DNA from: Saprospiraceae bacterium
GTDB taxonomy: Bacteria > Bacteroidota > Bacteroidia > Chitinophagales > Saprospiraceae
NCBI GenBank assembly: GCA_049289835.1
Contig: JBATMM010000597.1
Coordinates: 1-48,949 of the forward strand
Direction: 5' to 3'
DNA: 48,949 nucleotides
Under the pieces are notes generated by a model. That model ran no database searches. It was given only the letters and a program-made list of their open reading frames with translations, and was not told where the DNA came from. The translations under genes were made by a program, and so were the position numbers. Positions 20,416 to 29,120 of this stretch are shown in pieces (positions within the stretch are counted from its first letter, which is position 1; each line of letters opens with the position of its first letter).

Positions 20416-21699
20416 TCAGACAAGCATGGCAACAGGGTTCTCGAGAAGTTGCTTAAATGTCTGAAGAAATTTTGCACCTGTGGCTCCATCTACAACTCTA
20501 TGATCACAGGACAATGTCACTTTCATCACCTTCGAAGAACTTACCTTCCCATCATTCAGACTTAACTCCTCCGAAATAGTTCCTACAGCCATAATAGCCG
20601 AATCAGGCGGGTTAATAATAGCGGTGAATTCATCAATTCCAAACATACCCAGGTTAGAAACTGTAAATGTATTTCCTTGCATTTCCTGAGGTTGTAATTT
20701 TTTCTGTCTGGCTTTATCGGCCATGGTCGCTATTCGGGTATTCATCTCACTTAATCCCATCTGATCCGCCCCAAAAAGTACCGGCACAAGTAACCCCTCA
20801 TCAACAGCCACTGCGACCCCGATATTTATATCCTTATTCACTCTGATTTTATCCCCTAACCATGACGAATTAATAGCCGGATGAAAATGAAGCGCGGCAG
20901 CACATCCCTTAATCACAAAATCATTTATTGATATTTTTAGGCCGGATTGTTCATTGATCAGTTTTCTTGCATCAATGGTTTTATCCATTACAATTTTAAT
21001 GGTTAAATAAAAATGAGGTGCGGAAAATTTACTTTCTACTAATCTTCTCGCTATCGTCTTTCGCATTTGTGAAACCGGGAATTCACCATATTGAGGAGTG
21101 GAAGGACCATTTGATTTTTCAGTCTGGGTTTTATTATTTGAAACAAAACTTTCTACGTCTCGCTTTATAATCCGGCCACCGTCACCTGTTCCTTTCAAAG
21201 AAGAAATGTCTATCCCAGCATCAGCCGCTATAGTTTTTGCCAGAGGAGAAGATTTTATTCTTGACTCGGTTTCCTTAGTCATATCCGGTTTTGAAGAAGA
21301 AATATCACTGAGATTTTGAGACGGTTGACTGGAGCTCTCGGTAGAAATTGCTTTTGATATTGGTTTATCATTTTCTACAGTTTTCAGGTCATTCTTCTTC
21401 GAGGGAGAGGTATCATTTGATTCATTCTTCGGTGCAGATGCAAGCAAACTTTTATAATCCTCATCTTTCGCTCCGATAATGGCAAGGATATCATTGACAG
21501 GAACAGGGCCCTCTATAACGCTTATATAGAGTAAATATCCTTCGTTAAAACTCTCAAGCTCCATAGTTGCCTTATCTGTTTCAACTTCCGCAAGTATATC
21601 ACCGGGTGAAACTTTATCACCTACTTTTTTAAGCCATCCCACGATGTTGCCTTCTTCCATGGTATCGCTTAGTCTGGGCATCCGTATTATCTCAGCCAT
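20416..21699 (-). CDS. 2-oxoacid dehydrogenase E2 component (dihydrolipoyllysine-residue acyltransferase, PDH-type)
   Basis: 427 aa with a lipoyl domain (EVETDKATMELES), a Ser/Pro-rich linker, an E3-binding domain (SPLAKTIAADAGIDISSLKGTGDGGRIIKRDV) and a catalytic domain (LSCDHRVVDGA). No E1 or E3 gene is adjacent. Confidence 0.9.
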   Translation of the reverse strand: MAEIIRMPRLSDTMEEGNIVGWLKKVGDKVSPGDILAEVETDKATMELESFNEGYLLYISVIEGPVPVNDILAIIGAKDEDYKSLLASAPKNESNDTSPSKKNDLKTVENDKPISKAISTESSSQPSQNLSDISSSKPDMTKETESRIKSSPLAKTIAADAGIDISSLKGTGDGGRIIKRDVESFVSNNKTQTEKSNGPSTPQYGEFPVSQMRKTIARRLVESKFSAPHFYLTIKIVMDKTIDARKLINEQSGLKISINDFVIKGCAAALHFHPAINSSWLGDKIRVNKDINIGVAVAVDEGLLVPVLFGADQMGLSEMNTRIATMADKARQKKLQPQEMQGNTFTVSNLGMFGIDEFTAIINPPDSAIMAVGTISEELSLNDGKVSSSKVMKVTLSCDHRVVDGATGAKFLQTFKQLLENPVAMLV

Positions 21700-21775
21700 T
21701 TAGATCATCTGTTTATATGATGCAGTAAATTTAGCTATATAGAATTAAGAAAATGAATATAGCGTTCCTAAAAAG

Positions 21776-21813
21776 TCAAAAGCCCCTGATCAAAATTGAA
21801 CAGGAGCTTTTGA
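21776..21813 (-). terminator. rho-independent terminator downstream of the OmpA-family gene
   Basis: AAAGCCCCTG-12 nt loop-CAGGAGCTTT. The stem covers 11 positions with one mismatch. On the minus strand it is followed by a U-rich tract, 50 nt after the stop. Confidence 0.65.
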
Positions 21814-21860
21814 TTAAATAAAAAAATCTATCTCAAATAACCCTATGCGATTTATTAAGA

Positions 21861-23666
21861 CTAATAACCAGAATTTCTGTTACCGGAGTATTTAGCTCCA
21901 GGTCTTGAAGAACCGGGAGTATTTTCTCCTGCCTCAGGGCCCGCAGGCCTTGTCATTTCGGTATCAGTCGTTGTCGCTGCAGAAAACTCTACGCGACGAT
22001 TGATGTAGTGTTCATATTCTTCAGTGGCAGAAACAGCATGATTATCTTTCAATCCTTTCACAATTGGAGAAGCTTCTCCTCCGTATGTAAGGATAAAACG
22101 GCTTCTGGGGATATTGTAATTAGTCACCAGATAATTTATAGCTGCATTTGCTCTGTTATAAGACAGTACATTATTGTATTCATCTGAATCTCTATTGTCA
22201 GTATACCCATGAGCAACAACTTTCATGTCAGGATGTGAATTCATGACTGTTGCCACCTGATGTAATGAACCATAGAATTCTGGTTTTACATAATATTTAT
22301 CCAGATCAAAGTGGATCATTGGCAAGAACCAGTTTGCATTACCACTCATTGCCGCACCTCTCGTATTAATAAGGTCAACAACCTGATCTTCGGTCATGTA
22401 TTTTTCAGGTACCTGAGCGACACCATCTTTATTTACCTGATATCCCGGAGGAGAATATGGCTCCTGATCTTTACAATCAGCAATATTATCTCCATCACTA
22501 TCAAGGGTAACTCCCCTTGTGTCTACAGGACAACCTGCAGGTGTATTTACTTCCTGATCTGTCATATCAATGACACCATCGCCATCGCTATCGGTTAAAT
22601 CAAATTTAGGTCTTTGCTTAAGTTCTGCAAGATCGGTATAAGGACCATTTAATGGATTGACCCAATACAAGGGTTCAACCCGTTTTTCGAACGAACCTAA
22701 GTTAATACCTAAACGAACTGAAGTATAATGAGGAACGTCTTTGCTTGTTGATTGATCCACATTAGACCTATATGTAAATCCATCAAGCAGATCATTATCA
22801 CTGATCAAGACGCGGTGTTCAAGACTTATATTGATTCTTTTGGAAAGTTTCCTTGTAACCCCAATACCAAAATTGATATGAGGGATTACAGTTTTGTAAT
22901 CGCCAAGGAAAGTAATGATGTCTCTTTCTACACCACCTTTGGTTTCAAAATTACCATCCAAAAGTGCTTTGAGGTTCTTTCTGGATTGATTTCGGCCTTT
23001 TTTGGTAGTCAGGTCAAGACCGGCAGTTACTCCGGAAAAATCATAGAGTTGATCACCATTTAGTAAATCAACTGTAGTCTTAGGCAAATCAAGCCCAATT
23101 CCCAGTACAGTGTATAAATTCCATTTGTTAGATGGATTATGAAAAAGTACATTACCAATATTAATTATGCCTTCGAAAGAAAAAGCAAGAATGTTGGCTT
23201 TGTAGTTTCTGTGAATGTTAACTGGGTTGCTTGTTACATCTGTGTAGTTTGCCAAAATTGGTGAGGCAACTACATTTTGCAGATACGTTTTTTCAACACC
23301 CAGGAAATTAAATGGTCTGGCATCATAACCTTTAGAAGATTGATACGTACCATCTAAACGAAAGGATAGGGTGTAATTGATCGCTTTTCGAATATGAAGA
23401 CCAAAACCATAACCTGCAGGAAATGGCGCTTCAACATCTCCGGAAATAAAGGCCGGACCTGCGTGAATCCCTAATTCCCACATATTCTTGGGTTTGGCAG
23501 GGAAAATAGATTGACCGGTACGCCACATTTTGTTTTGTTCCGGATTCACGGTCATCTCATCTTCAATAACAGGAGGTGCGAATTTTACATTCGGTTCCTG
23601 AGCTTTAACATTTAGAGTTAATAAAAAAGGGAGACTAGACAGCAGGACGTATAATAGTCGTGTCAT
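21861..23666 (-). CDS. OmpA-family outer-membrane protein with thrombospondin type-3 Ca-binding repeats
   Basis: Signal peptide MTRLLYVLLSSLPFLLTLNVKAQ, an N-terminal beta-barrel region, TSP3 repeats (DSDGDGVIDMTDQ, DSDGDNIADCKDQEP) and an OmpA C-domain (GYTDNRDSDEYNNVLSYNRA.., NRRVEF). A 45-aa low-complexity tail follows. The start is set at ATG 23666. The track TTG at 23708 overlaps a -7 box. Confidence 0.9.
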   Translation of the reverse strand: MTRLLYVLLSSLPFLLTLNVKAQEPNVKFAPPVIEDEMTVNPEQNKMWRTGQSIFPAKPKNMWELGIHAGPAFISGDVEAPFPAGYGFGLHIRKAINYTLSFRLDGTYQSSKGYDARPFNFLGVEKTYLQNVVASPILANYTDVTSNPVNIHRNYKANILAFSFEGIINIGNVLFHNPSNKWNLYTVLGIGLDLPKTTVDLLNGDQLYDFSGVTAGLDLTTKKGRNQSRKNLKALLDGNFETKGGVERDIITFLGDYKTVIPHINFGIGVTRKLSKRINISLEHRVLISDNDLLDGFTYRSNVDQSTSKDVPHYTSVRLGINLGSFEKRVEPLYWVNPLNGPYTDLAELKQRPKFDLTDSDGDGVIDMTDQEVNTPAGCPVDTRGVTLDSDGDNIADCKDQEPYSPPGYQVNKDGVAQVPEKYMTEDQVVDLINTRGAAMSGNANWFLPMIHFDLDKYYVKPEFYGSLHQVATVMNSHPDMKVVAHGYTDNRDSDEYNNVLSYNRANAAINYLVTNYNIPRSRFILTYGGEASPIVKGLKDNHAVSATEEYEHYINRRVEFSAATTTDTEMTRPAGPEAGENTPGSSRPGAKYSGNRNSGY

Positions 23667-23705
23667 AGGGTTAGGATTTATTAATAATGAATTACTTGAG
23701 TAAGG

Positions 23706-23713
23706 CAAAAATA
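23706..23713 (-). promoter_or_regulatory. -7 box (TATTTTTG) upstream of the OmpA-family gene
   Basis: The reverse complement of caaaaata matches TAnnTTTG, 39 nt upstream of ATG 23666. Confidence 0.4.
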
Positions 23714-23828
23714 TCCTTTTTTTGGTTAGAAATACAATTATTTATGTATTGTTTACTAAAGGAGTTTATAAACTGAAACTATCATAAATCAAGCCAAACT
23801 TTATTTAACATATTAAATATAAATTTAA

Positions 23829-23836
23829 TATATTTG
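23829..23836 (+). promoter_or_regulatory. -7 box (TATATTTG) 4 nt upstream of ATG 23841
   Basis: TATATTTG-ggtt-ATG. This is the same geometry as at 42929 and 43045. Confidence 0.45.
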
Positions 23837-23840
23837 GGTT

Positions 23841-24839
23841 ATGATAGCTCATTGGTGTACTCCTGACGAAAAGTCAGTCCTCCGGCCAGACCGATTAAGC
23901 AAAGGTTCTTTGTGGCATAAGGTCAAGTTTATTCATGACGAAGATCAAAAATGCACTTCGGAAGATCTGGTCATCGTAAGTTTCGACAGGGTCGTTTCTC
24001 AACGAATTAAAAAGAATCTGTACCAGTTTAGTGCCACACCCAGCCAGGCTCTCAACATTGTAGATTGCGGAAATTTCATTCAGAAACAATCAGATTCGAT
24101 CATTCCACTTTTGAAGGAAATTAATGATAGTGGAGCCGTTTCCCTACTTCTGGGGGCACCCTTAGGCTTCATGCGTCACCAGATCAATGGTATGAGAATG
24201 GCAAGTATAATAAGGGAATCCAATCTGGATGATGATATTCACCTTCGAACAGACTCCCCAGGCCCTTTATTTCAATACATCGCAACACAAAGACATTTGG
24301 TGACAGAATCCCATCTACGCGTTGAAGGGCATTTGAGATTAAGTGATCTGCGAGAAGATTTAAGTCTGGCGGAGCCATGTATTCGGGATTCAGGTGCCAT
24401 GATTTATCACTGCGATAGTTTGAGTGCATCTGAAGCAGGGTATTTAACCGGCATGTCTGGAAGCGGTTTGTCCGTTATGGAAGCGTGTCAGCTCTTCAGG
24501 TATGCAGGTGCCGCCCAATCGCTTACCTCTGTAGGAATTTATGGATATAATACTGAAGCTGACCAATCGGGATTAATGGCGAATGCATTAGCTCAAATGA
24601 TTTGGTACATGCTGGAAGGATCTACCTTACGTGAAGATCCCACAAAAAGCACCTTAACTCAATATGTTGTTCAATCCAAAGACAATGAGCATACGCTTTT
24701 GTTCTATAAAAGTGAAATGTCCGGAAGATGGTGGGTTGAGAATAAGGACGGCATGAAAGTCCCTTGTTCCTATATGGATTATCGCAAGTCTTGTGAAGAA
24801 GACTATAGTGATTTGATCATTCGCACAGTTCTGGGATAA
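23841..24839 (+). CDS. arginase/formiminoglutamase-fold protein, apparently lacking the metal-ligand motifs
   Basis: 332 aa. The block order resembles the ureohydrolase fold, but the motif positions read LLLGAPLG (for GGDHS), IRESNLDDD (for DAHxD) and YHCDSLSASEAG (for SxDxDxxDP). Alignment is by eye only. Confidence 0.5.
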   Translation: MIAHWCTPDEKSVLRPDRLSKGSLWHKVKFIHDEDQKCTSEDLVIVSFDRVVSQRIKKNLYQFSATPSQALNIVDCGNFIQKQSDSIIPLLKEINDSGAVSLLLGAPLGFMRHQINGMRMASIIRESNLDDDIHLRTDSPGPLFQYIATQRHLVTESHLRVEGHLRLSDLREDLSLAEPCIRDSGAMIYHCDSLSASEAGYLTGMSGSGLSVMEACQLFRYAGAAQSLTSVGIYGYNTEADQSGLMANALAQMIWYMLEGSTLREDPTKSTLTQYVVQSKDNEHTLLFYKSEMSGRWWVENKDGMKVPCSYMDYRKSCEEDYSDLIIRTVLG

Positions 24840-24840
24840 T

Positions 24841-26151
24841 TCAATCTTCAAGGAGTTTTTCCATCATCATAGATCTGGAGCCTTTAAGTAATATAGTCTG
24901 ACCTTTACACTTCAGCCAGTCCCAACCGGATTTAACATCTTCTATACATTCAACCAATTGTACATCCGGAAATACAATTTCCTTTTTTTCATATGCTTTT
25001 TTGAATGCTGAGCCAACAAGGATCACTTTTTGAAACCCAAGCTCTTCAATTATTCTCAGAATATGCCGGTGTGCCTGATCACTATCATTTCCTAATTCTT
25101 TCATATCACCAAGTAGTATCCATCCAGTTGGATATTGAAGAGAAAAGGAGCGGAGTGCTAATTCCATGCTTGATGGATTTGCATTGTATGCATCTTTAAT
25201 GATCCTGCATCCCCGGAAGTTAATAGTTTCAGATCTGTTTGCTCCGGGAATAAAAGAAGAAAGACTGTGTACAATTTTATTTACAGGGACATCAAAATGT
25301 CTGGCCACAGTATAGGCCGTCAGTACATTGGACGCATTATAATAGCCAAACATTTCAGAGCTTATCGTAATGGCATGAATACTATCCTGAATAGTAAACC
25401 CATTTTTTTCAATCGAAGTTTGGTAGTCGAATGAAATATCGGGCGTGGCCGAATCATCAAAGCCAAATGTGGTTTTATGTTGAATGAAAGCTCCAATTTT
25501 TCTTAATCGTGCATCATCTGTGTTGACAAAAGCAAATCCGGCATGGATATTTAGATAATCAAAGAGTTCACCTTTGGCTTTCTGAACGCCATCGATAGAG
25601 CCAAAGCCTTCCAGATGTGCATTCCCTATATTAGTGATTACACCATGAGTTGGCATTGCTATTTCGCAAAGTTTTTCTATTTCCCCGATATGGTTTGCAC
25701 CCATTTCACATACTATGATTTCTGTTTCCGTCGGTGTTGATAGCAATGTCAAAGGAACACCTATGTGATTATTCAGATTGCCGGCTGTCGCATGAACTTT
25801 ATATTTTTCCTTGAGTACACAGGTAATAAGTTCTTTTGTAGTGGTTTTACCATTACTGCCGGTGATCGCGATGAGAGGAATGTTCAATTGTACCCGGTGA
25901 AAATGGGCAAGGGATTGTAGTGCTTCTAATGTGTCAGTGACATATATATATTCAGGCCCCTTGAGAAGGGGATCGGATATAACCACATAAGCCGCTCCCA
26001 GTCTAAGAGCTTCTGAAGCAAAAGTATTGCCATCAAAGTTCAAACCCCGCAATGCAAAAAATAAACATCCGGCTTTTATCTTCCGGGTATCTGTGCACAC
26101 TTCAGGATGTTGTCGAAACAATGTATATAATGCTTCTGTCTTCATCATCAT
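24841..26151 (-). CDS. murF: UDP-N-acetylmuramoyl-tripeptide--D-alanyl-D-alanine ligase
   Basis: 436 aa with the Mur ligase P-loop ITGSNGKTTTKE, plus DAYNANPSSM and LGDMKELG. Its stop is 1 nt from the convergent upstream gene stop. Confidence 0.93.
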   Translation of the reverse strand: MMMKTEALYTLFRQHPEVCTDTRKIKAGCLFFALRGLNFDGNTFASEALRLGAAYVVISDPLLKGPEYIYVTDTLEALQSLAHFHRVQLNIPLIAITGSNGKTTTKELITCVLKEKYKVHATAGNLNNHIGVPLTLLSTPTETEIIVCEMGANHIGEIEKLCEIAMPTHGVITNIGNAHLEGFGSIDGVQKAKGELFDYLNIHAGFAFVNTDDARLRKIGAFIQHKTTFGFDDSATPDISFDYQTSIEKNGFTIQDSIHAITISSEMFGYYNASNVLTAYTVARHFDVPVNKIVHSLSSFIPGANRSETINFRGCRIIKDAYNANPSSMELALRSFSLQYPTGWILLGDMKELGNDSDQAHRHILRIIEELGFQKVILVGSAFKKAYEKKEIVFPDVQLVECIEDVKSGWDWLKCKGQTILLKGSRSMMMEKLLED

Positions 26152-26179
26152 AGATAGGAAAGTCCGAAAATAAAAAGAT

Positions 26180-26222
26180 TAAAAACAAAACGCCCTCACG
26201 AAATGTGAAGGCGTTTTGTTTT
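26180..26222 (-). terminator. rho-independent terminator after gldJ (symmetrical, potentially bidirectional)
   Basis: AAAAACAAAACGCCCTCAC-gaaat-GTGAAGGCGTTTTGTTTTT, a 19-nt inverted repeat with one mismatch and flanking A/T runs. It lies 20 nt after the gldJ stop. Confidence 0.8.
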
Positions 26223-26241
26223 TAATATCTTTCAAGGAAGC

Positions 26242-27738
26242 TTATTTATATCTCCTTGATGTTTTTGATTTTTTTCCTCCAAAATCAAGACCGCCGATCT
26301 CGCCACCAGGCTCTGATCCTCCTACACGGTGCATAGCACAACGGAAACCAATGGTGCGATCTCCAAGTGTTTGGTTTTTAAATCGACGTGCAGCGGGCGA
26401 TAACCAATACAAACGATCAGCCCAGGATCCGCCTTTTACAACGCGTGAACTGTCATTGATCAAAGACGATTCACCATAAGCGTAATAAACGGATTCATTA
26501 TCGTCATCCCGATAGTCCATGACATTACCTTTCTGATAATTTTCACGGTTAGCTACAACTGAATCAGAAACAAGTTGATAACGAATTTTTCCCAGACTAT
26601 CCTTTTCAACAACGTGACCATTCTCATCGAGAACTCTTTGTTTGAAAATATTTCCTCTGAATGGATTTAGGTCCTGGTTTTCGACATCTCTTAAGGTAGA
26701 GCTGGTCATCGGACGAAATAGATCTGCAGTCCACTCACTGACATTACCCGCCATGTTATAAAGGCCAAAATCATTTGGAAAGAACGAGCGAATAGGGGAA
26801 GGGAATGGAGCATTATCATTTGGCTTGCCTGCAGTTCCCATGTAATTACCTCTGGCTTCTTTAAAGTTAGCCAACATTTCACCCTGATGACGATCATGGA
26901 TTTTATAACGAGCTGTATTGCCATCCCATGGATAAATTCTTCGATCGGAGATCAATTCATCTTTCTTTGAAAGATTATTGCCCTGGAGTGCCAAAGCGGC
27001 ATATTCCCATTCTGCCTCAGTAGGTAAACGATAAGCGGGTAGTAATATACCGTCTTCAAAACGAACCGGGCGCTCACCACCTGTCTTTAAGTCAGGCAGA
27101 TTTTTCTTTACGCTACCTTGATATTGGCCAAACAAATAAGCTTCCGTATTAAAATTATCAGCGTCTTTTTGTTCAACATTCAGATTTAAAACTCCTTTTT
27201 CTACGAGCAACATTTCGTTGACCCGATCAGTACGCCAGGCGCAAAATTTATTTGCCTGCTCCCAGGTGACACCTACGACAGGATAATCTGCATAACTGGG
27301 GTGACGGAAATAAGTTTCTACAAGAGGCTCATTGAAAGCTAGTTCCTCTCTCCATACCAGTGTGTCTGGCAAAATGCTCAACACTTCCTGAGGATAAGAA
27401 TCACCCAAAACCCTTCTTGTCCAATATTCGAACTCCCGGTAATGTGAATTCGAAACTTCGGTTTCATCCATTAAAAATGAAGAGACCGTAATTCTTCTGG
27501 GGACATTGTCCCAGGCAAAAGTGACGTCCTGATCTGTCAGACCCATTGTAAAAGTGCCACCTTCGATAGGGACAAGACCTGGTCCTATCTCCATGTCTCC
27601 ATGAGCTCCTTTCTCAAATCCCCCCCACTCCTGGTCGTTATATTTCCAACCCGTGACTGAAGAACGCTCTGACTTTTTACAAGACATAAACCCAAATATC
27701 AAAAGGGCGCTTGTTCCTATTAAGAGAAATCTTTTCAT
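26242..27738 (-). CDS. gldJ: gliding motility lipoprotein GldJ (SUMF1/FGE-fold)
   Basis: Lipobox ..LLIFGFMSC, followed by SSVTGWKYNDQEWGGFE, typical of the GldJ N-terminus. FGE-sulfatase-like blocks are present (YPVVGVTWEQANKFCAW, LPTEAEWEYAA, NVSEWT, KGGSW, GFRCAM). The start is set at ATG 27738. The track ATG at 27780 overlaps a -7 box. Confidence 0.9.
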   Translation of the reverse strand: MKRFLLIGTSALLIFGFMSCKKSERSSVTGWKYNDQEWGGFEKGAHGDMEIGPGLVPIEGGTFTMGLTDQDVTFAWDNVPRRITVSSFLMDETEVSNSHYREFEYWTRRVLGDSYPQEVLSILPDTLVWREELAFNEPLVETYFRHPSYADYPVVGVTWEQANKFCAWRTDRVNEMLLVEKGVLNLNVEQKDADNFNTEAYLFGQYQGSVKKNLPDLKTGGERPVRFEDGILLPAYRLPTEAEWEYAALALQGNNLSKKDELISDRRIYPWDGNTARYKIHDRHQGEMLANFKEARGNYMGTAGKPNDNAPFPSPIRSFFPNDFGLYNMAGNVSEWTADLFRPMTSSTLRDVENQDLNPFRGNIFKQRVLDENGHVVEKDSLGKIRYQLVSDSVVANRENYQKGNVMDYRDDDNESVYYAYGESSLINDSSRVVKGGSWADRLYWLSPAARRFKNQTLGDRTIGFRCAMHRVGGSEPGGEIGGLDFGGKKSKTSRRYK

Positions 27739-27769
27739 TCTTAACTGACCGTTATTTTTAAAAGAGGGA

Positions 27770-27777
27770 CAAATATA
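27770..27777 (-). promoter_or_regulatory. -7 box (TATATTTG) upstream of gldJ
   Basis: The reverse complement of caaatata matches TAnnTTTG, 31 nt upstream of ATG 27738. Confidence 0.45.
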
Positions 27778-27865
27778 CATTTTCTGAAACGTATCCTACT
27801 TAGAATTATTGCAGGTTTTAATGTCATTGGACAGGACAAATACTGTGCCTGAGATCAGGACATGA

Positions 27866-28978
27866 TTATCTGAAAATGTTAAGACAATCATCATATCTTG
27901 ATGCAGTGTCCCCATTATCAAGTAAAAATACAATACCAATCTCGTGTGTTCCTCCGCTCAAAGGAAAGCCGGAAACAGTATAATCGAAGCTGTATCCTAT
28001 CTTTAATTTGTTGGTTTTGAATCCAATAGACCCGATTAATGCTTCAGAATGACCTGATGATATTCTGTAATGAATACCAAAATTCAAAATATCAGAATCC
28101 AGAGTGGCGCCTCCATTAATCTGGTTAAAAGGACCTTGTTGAACCACAATTATAGAAGGTGAGAGGGCCATTTTAAAGGTTTGACTGAAAATATGGGTAA
28201 AAACAGGCCATGAAGCACCAGCATGAAGGGTCCATCTCATGGGAATCCTGGGAGAAAGATCAGAATTGATAGAGAGGAAATCAGGATCCGGCCGGTTAAT
28301 ATGCCTGACCGACAAACCTGAATAAAGGACACCTCCATAAATGACAATGCCGATTCCGAGATCAGGGTAGACCACTTTATTTTTTTCAGGAGTTGTTTCT
28401 TCTGTCGGGAAAGGAATACCACCTGGGCTAATCGTGCCAGAGTAGTCATCTATCTGATCACCGAATACCAGTTTATTCCAATTGAGCGTTGATTGAACAA
28501 CACCGGCTTCAATCCCCATTTTGGCTGAAATGTGTCTGGACAAATCCGTTTTATACGAGAAAATTCCAGCTGCTTTAATCGTTTTCAAAATACCGTCACC
28601 TGCATCGTCAGATAGTATCCAGAAGCCAAGGCCTCCCTTAATGCGTGGAAAAAACTGATCGTATGATAAGGCATAGGTTCTGTACGCATTGTTAAACCCG
28701 GGATATTGATTTCGGTAGTTCGCAGAAAAACGCGGATCCTCTGTTAAGCCCGTAAGGGCCGGATTGAGCTGCAAAGGGGATAAGTAAAATTGAGAAAAAA
28801 CCGGATCCTGTGCTTTTATCGTAAAACAAAGGATTGATGTAATGTAAAAAATAAAGAAGATTGAAAATGATTTCAGCCAGGACAAACTGCCATTATTTAT
28901 CGTATTATAGAAAGAAATGGTTGTGATTTTCATTGAGCTATTGCAATAATAACGCTTTTCGACATGGTTGGACTGCAT
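27866..28978 (-). CDS. type IX secretion system membrane protein, PorP/SprF family
   Basis: 370-aa maximal ORF. The family N-terminal signature AQDPVFSQFYLSPLQLNPALTG follows the signal peptide. The remainder has a beta-barrel-like pattern. ATG 28933 (MKITT..) is an alternative start. Confidence 0.85.
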   Translation of the reverse strand: MQSNHVEKRYYCNSSMKITTISFYNTINNGSLSWLKSFSIFFIFYITSILCFTIKAQDPVFSQFYLSPLQLNPALTGLTEDPRFSANYRNQYPGFNNAYRTYALSYDQFFPRIKGGLGFWILSDDAGDGILKTIKAAGIFSYKTDLSRHISAKMGIEAGVVQSTLNWNKLVFGDQIDDYSGTISPGGIPFPTEETTPEKNKVVYPDLGIGIVIYGGVLYSGLSVRHINRPDPDFLSINSDLSPRIPMRWTLHAGASWPVFTHIFSQTFKMALSPSIIVVQQGPFNQINGGATLDSDILNFGIHYRISSGHSEALIGSIGFKTNKLKIGYSFDYTVSGFPLSGGTHEIGIVFLLDNGDTASRYDDCLNIFR

Positions 28979-29120
28979 TCAAGGCTTTAAACAAATAGCG
29001 GTAAATTGTCATTTGATATATCTTTTCACTGAAAAAAATAATGAGAATACCCGGCAATAGAACATATGCGTTAACGTTTTTATAACGAATTTACATTCCA
29101 TTCAAACCAGGTCACATCGT

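Noticed and set aside
22311-23063. Plus-strand ORFs 22311-22598 and 22752-23063, and the repeated GAT/GGT-rich DNA around 22480-22600.
   Set aside because: The ORFs are antisense to the OmpA-family gene. The DNA repetition simply encodes the thrombospondin type-3 Ca-binding repeats (DSDGDG..) and is not an independent repeat element.
26216-26479. 87-aa plus-strand ORF spanning the gldJ 3' end and its terminator.
   Set aside because: It is antisense to gldJ and starts inside the terminator hairpin. Its Pro/Ser/Arg-rich translation is typical of a spurious frame.
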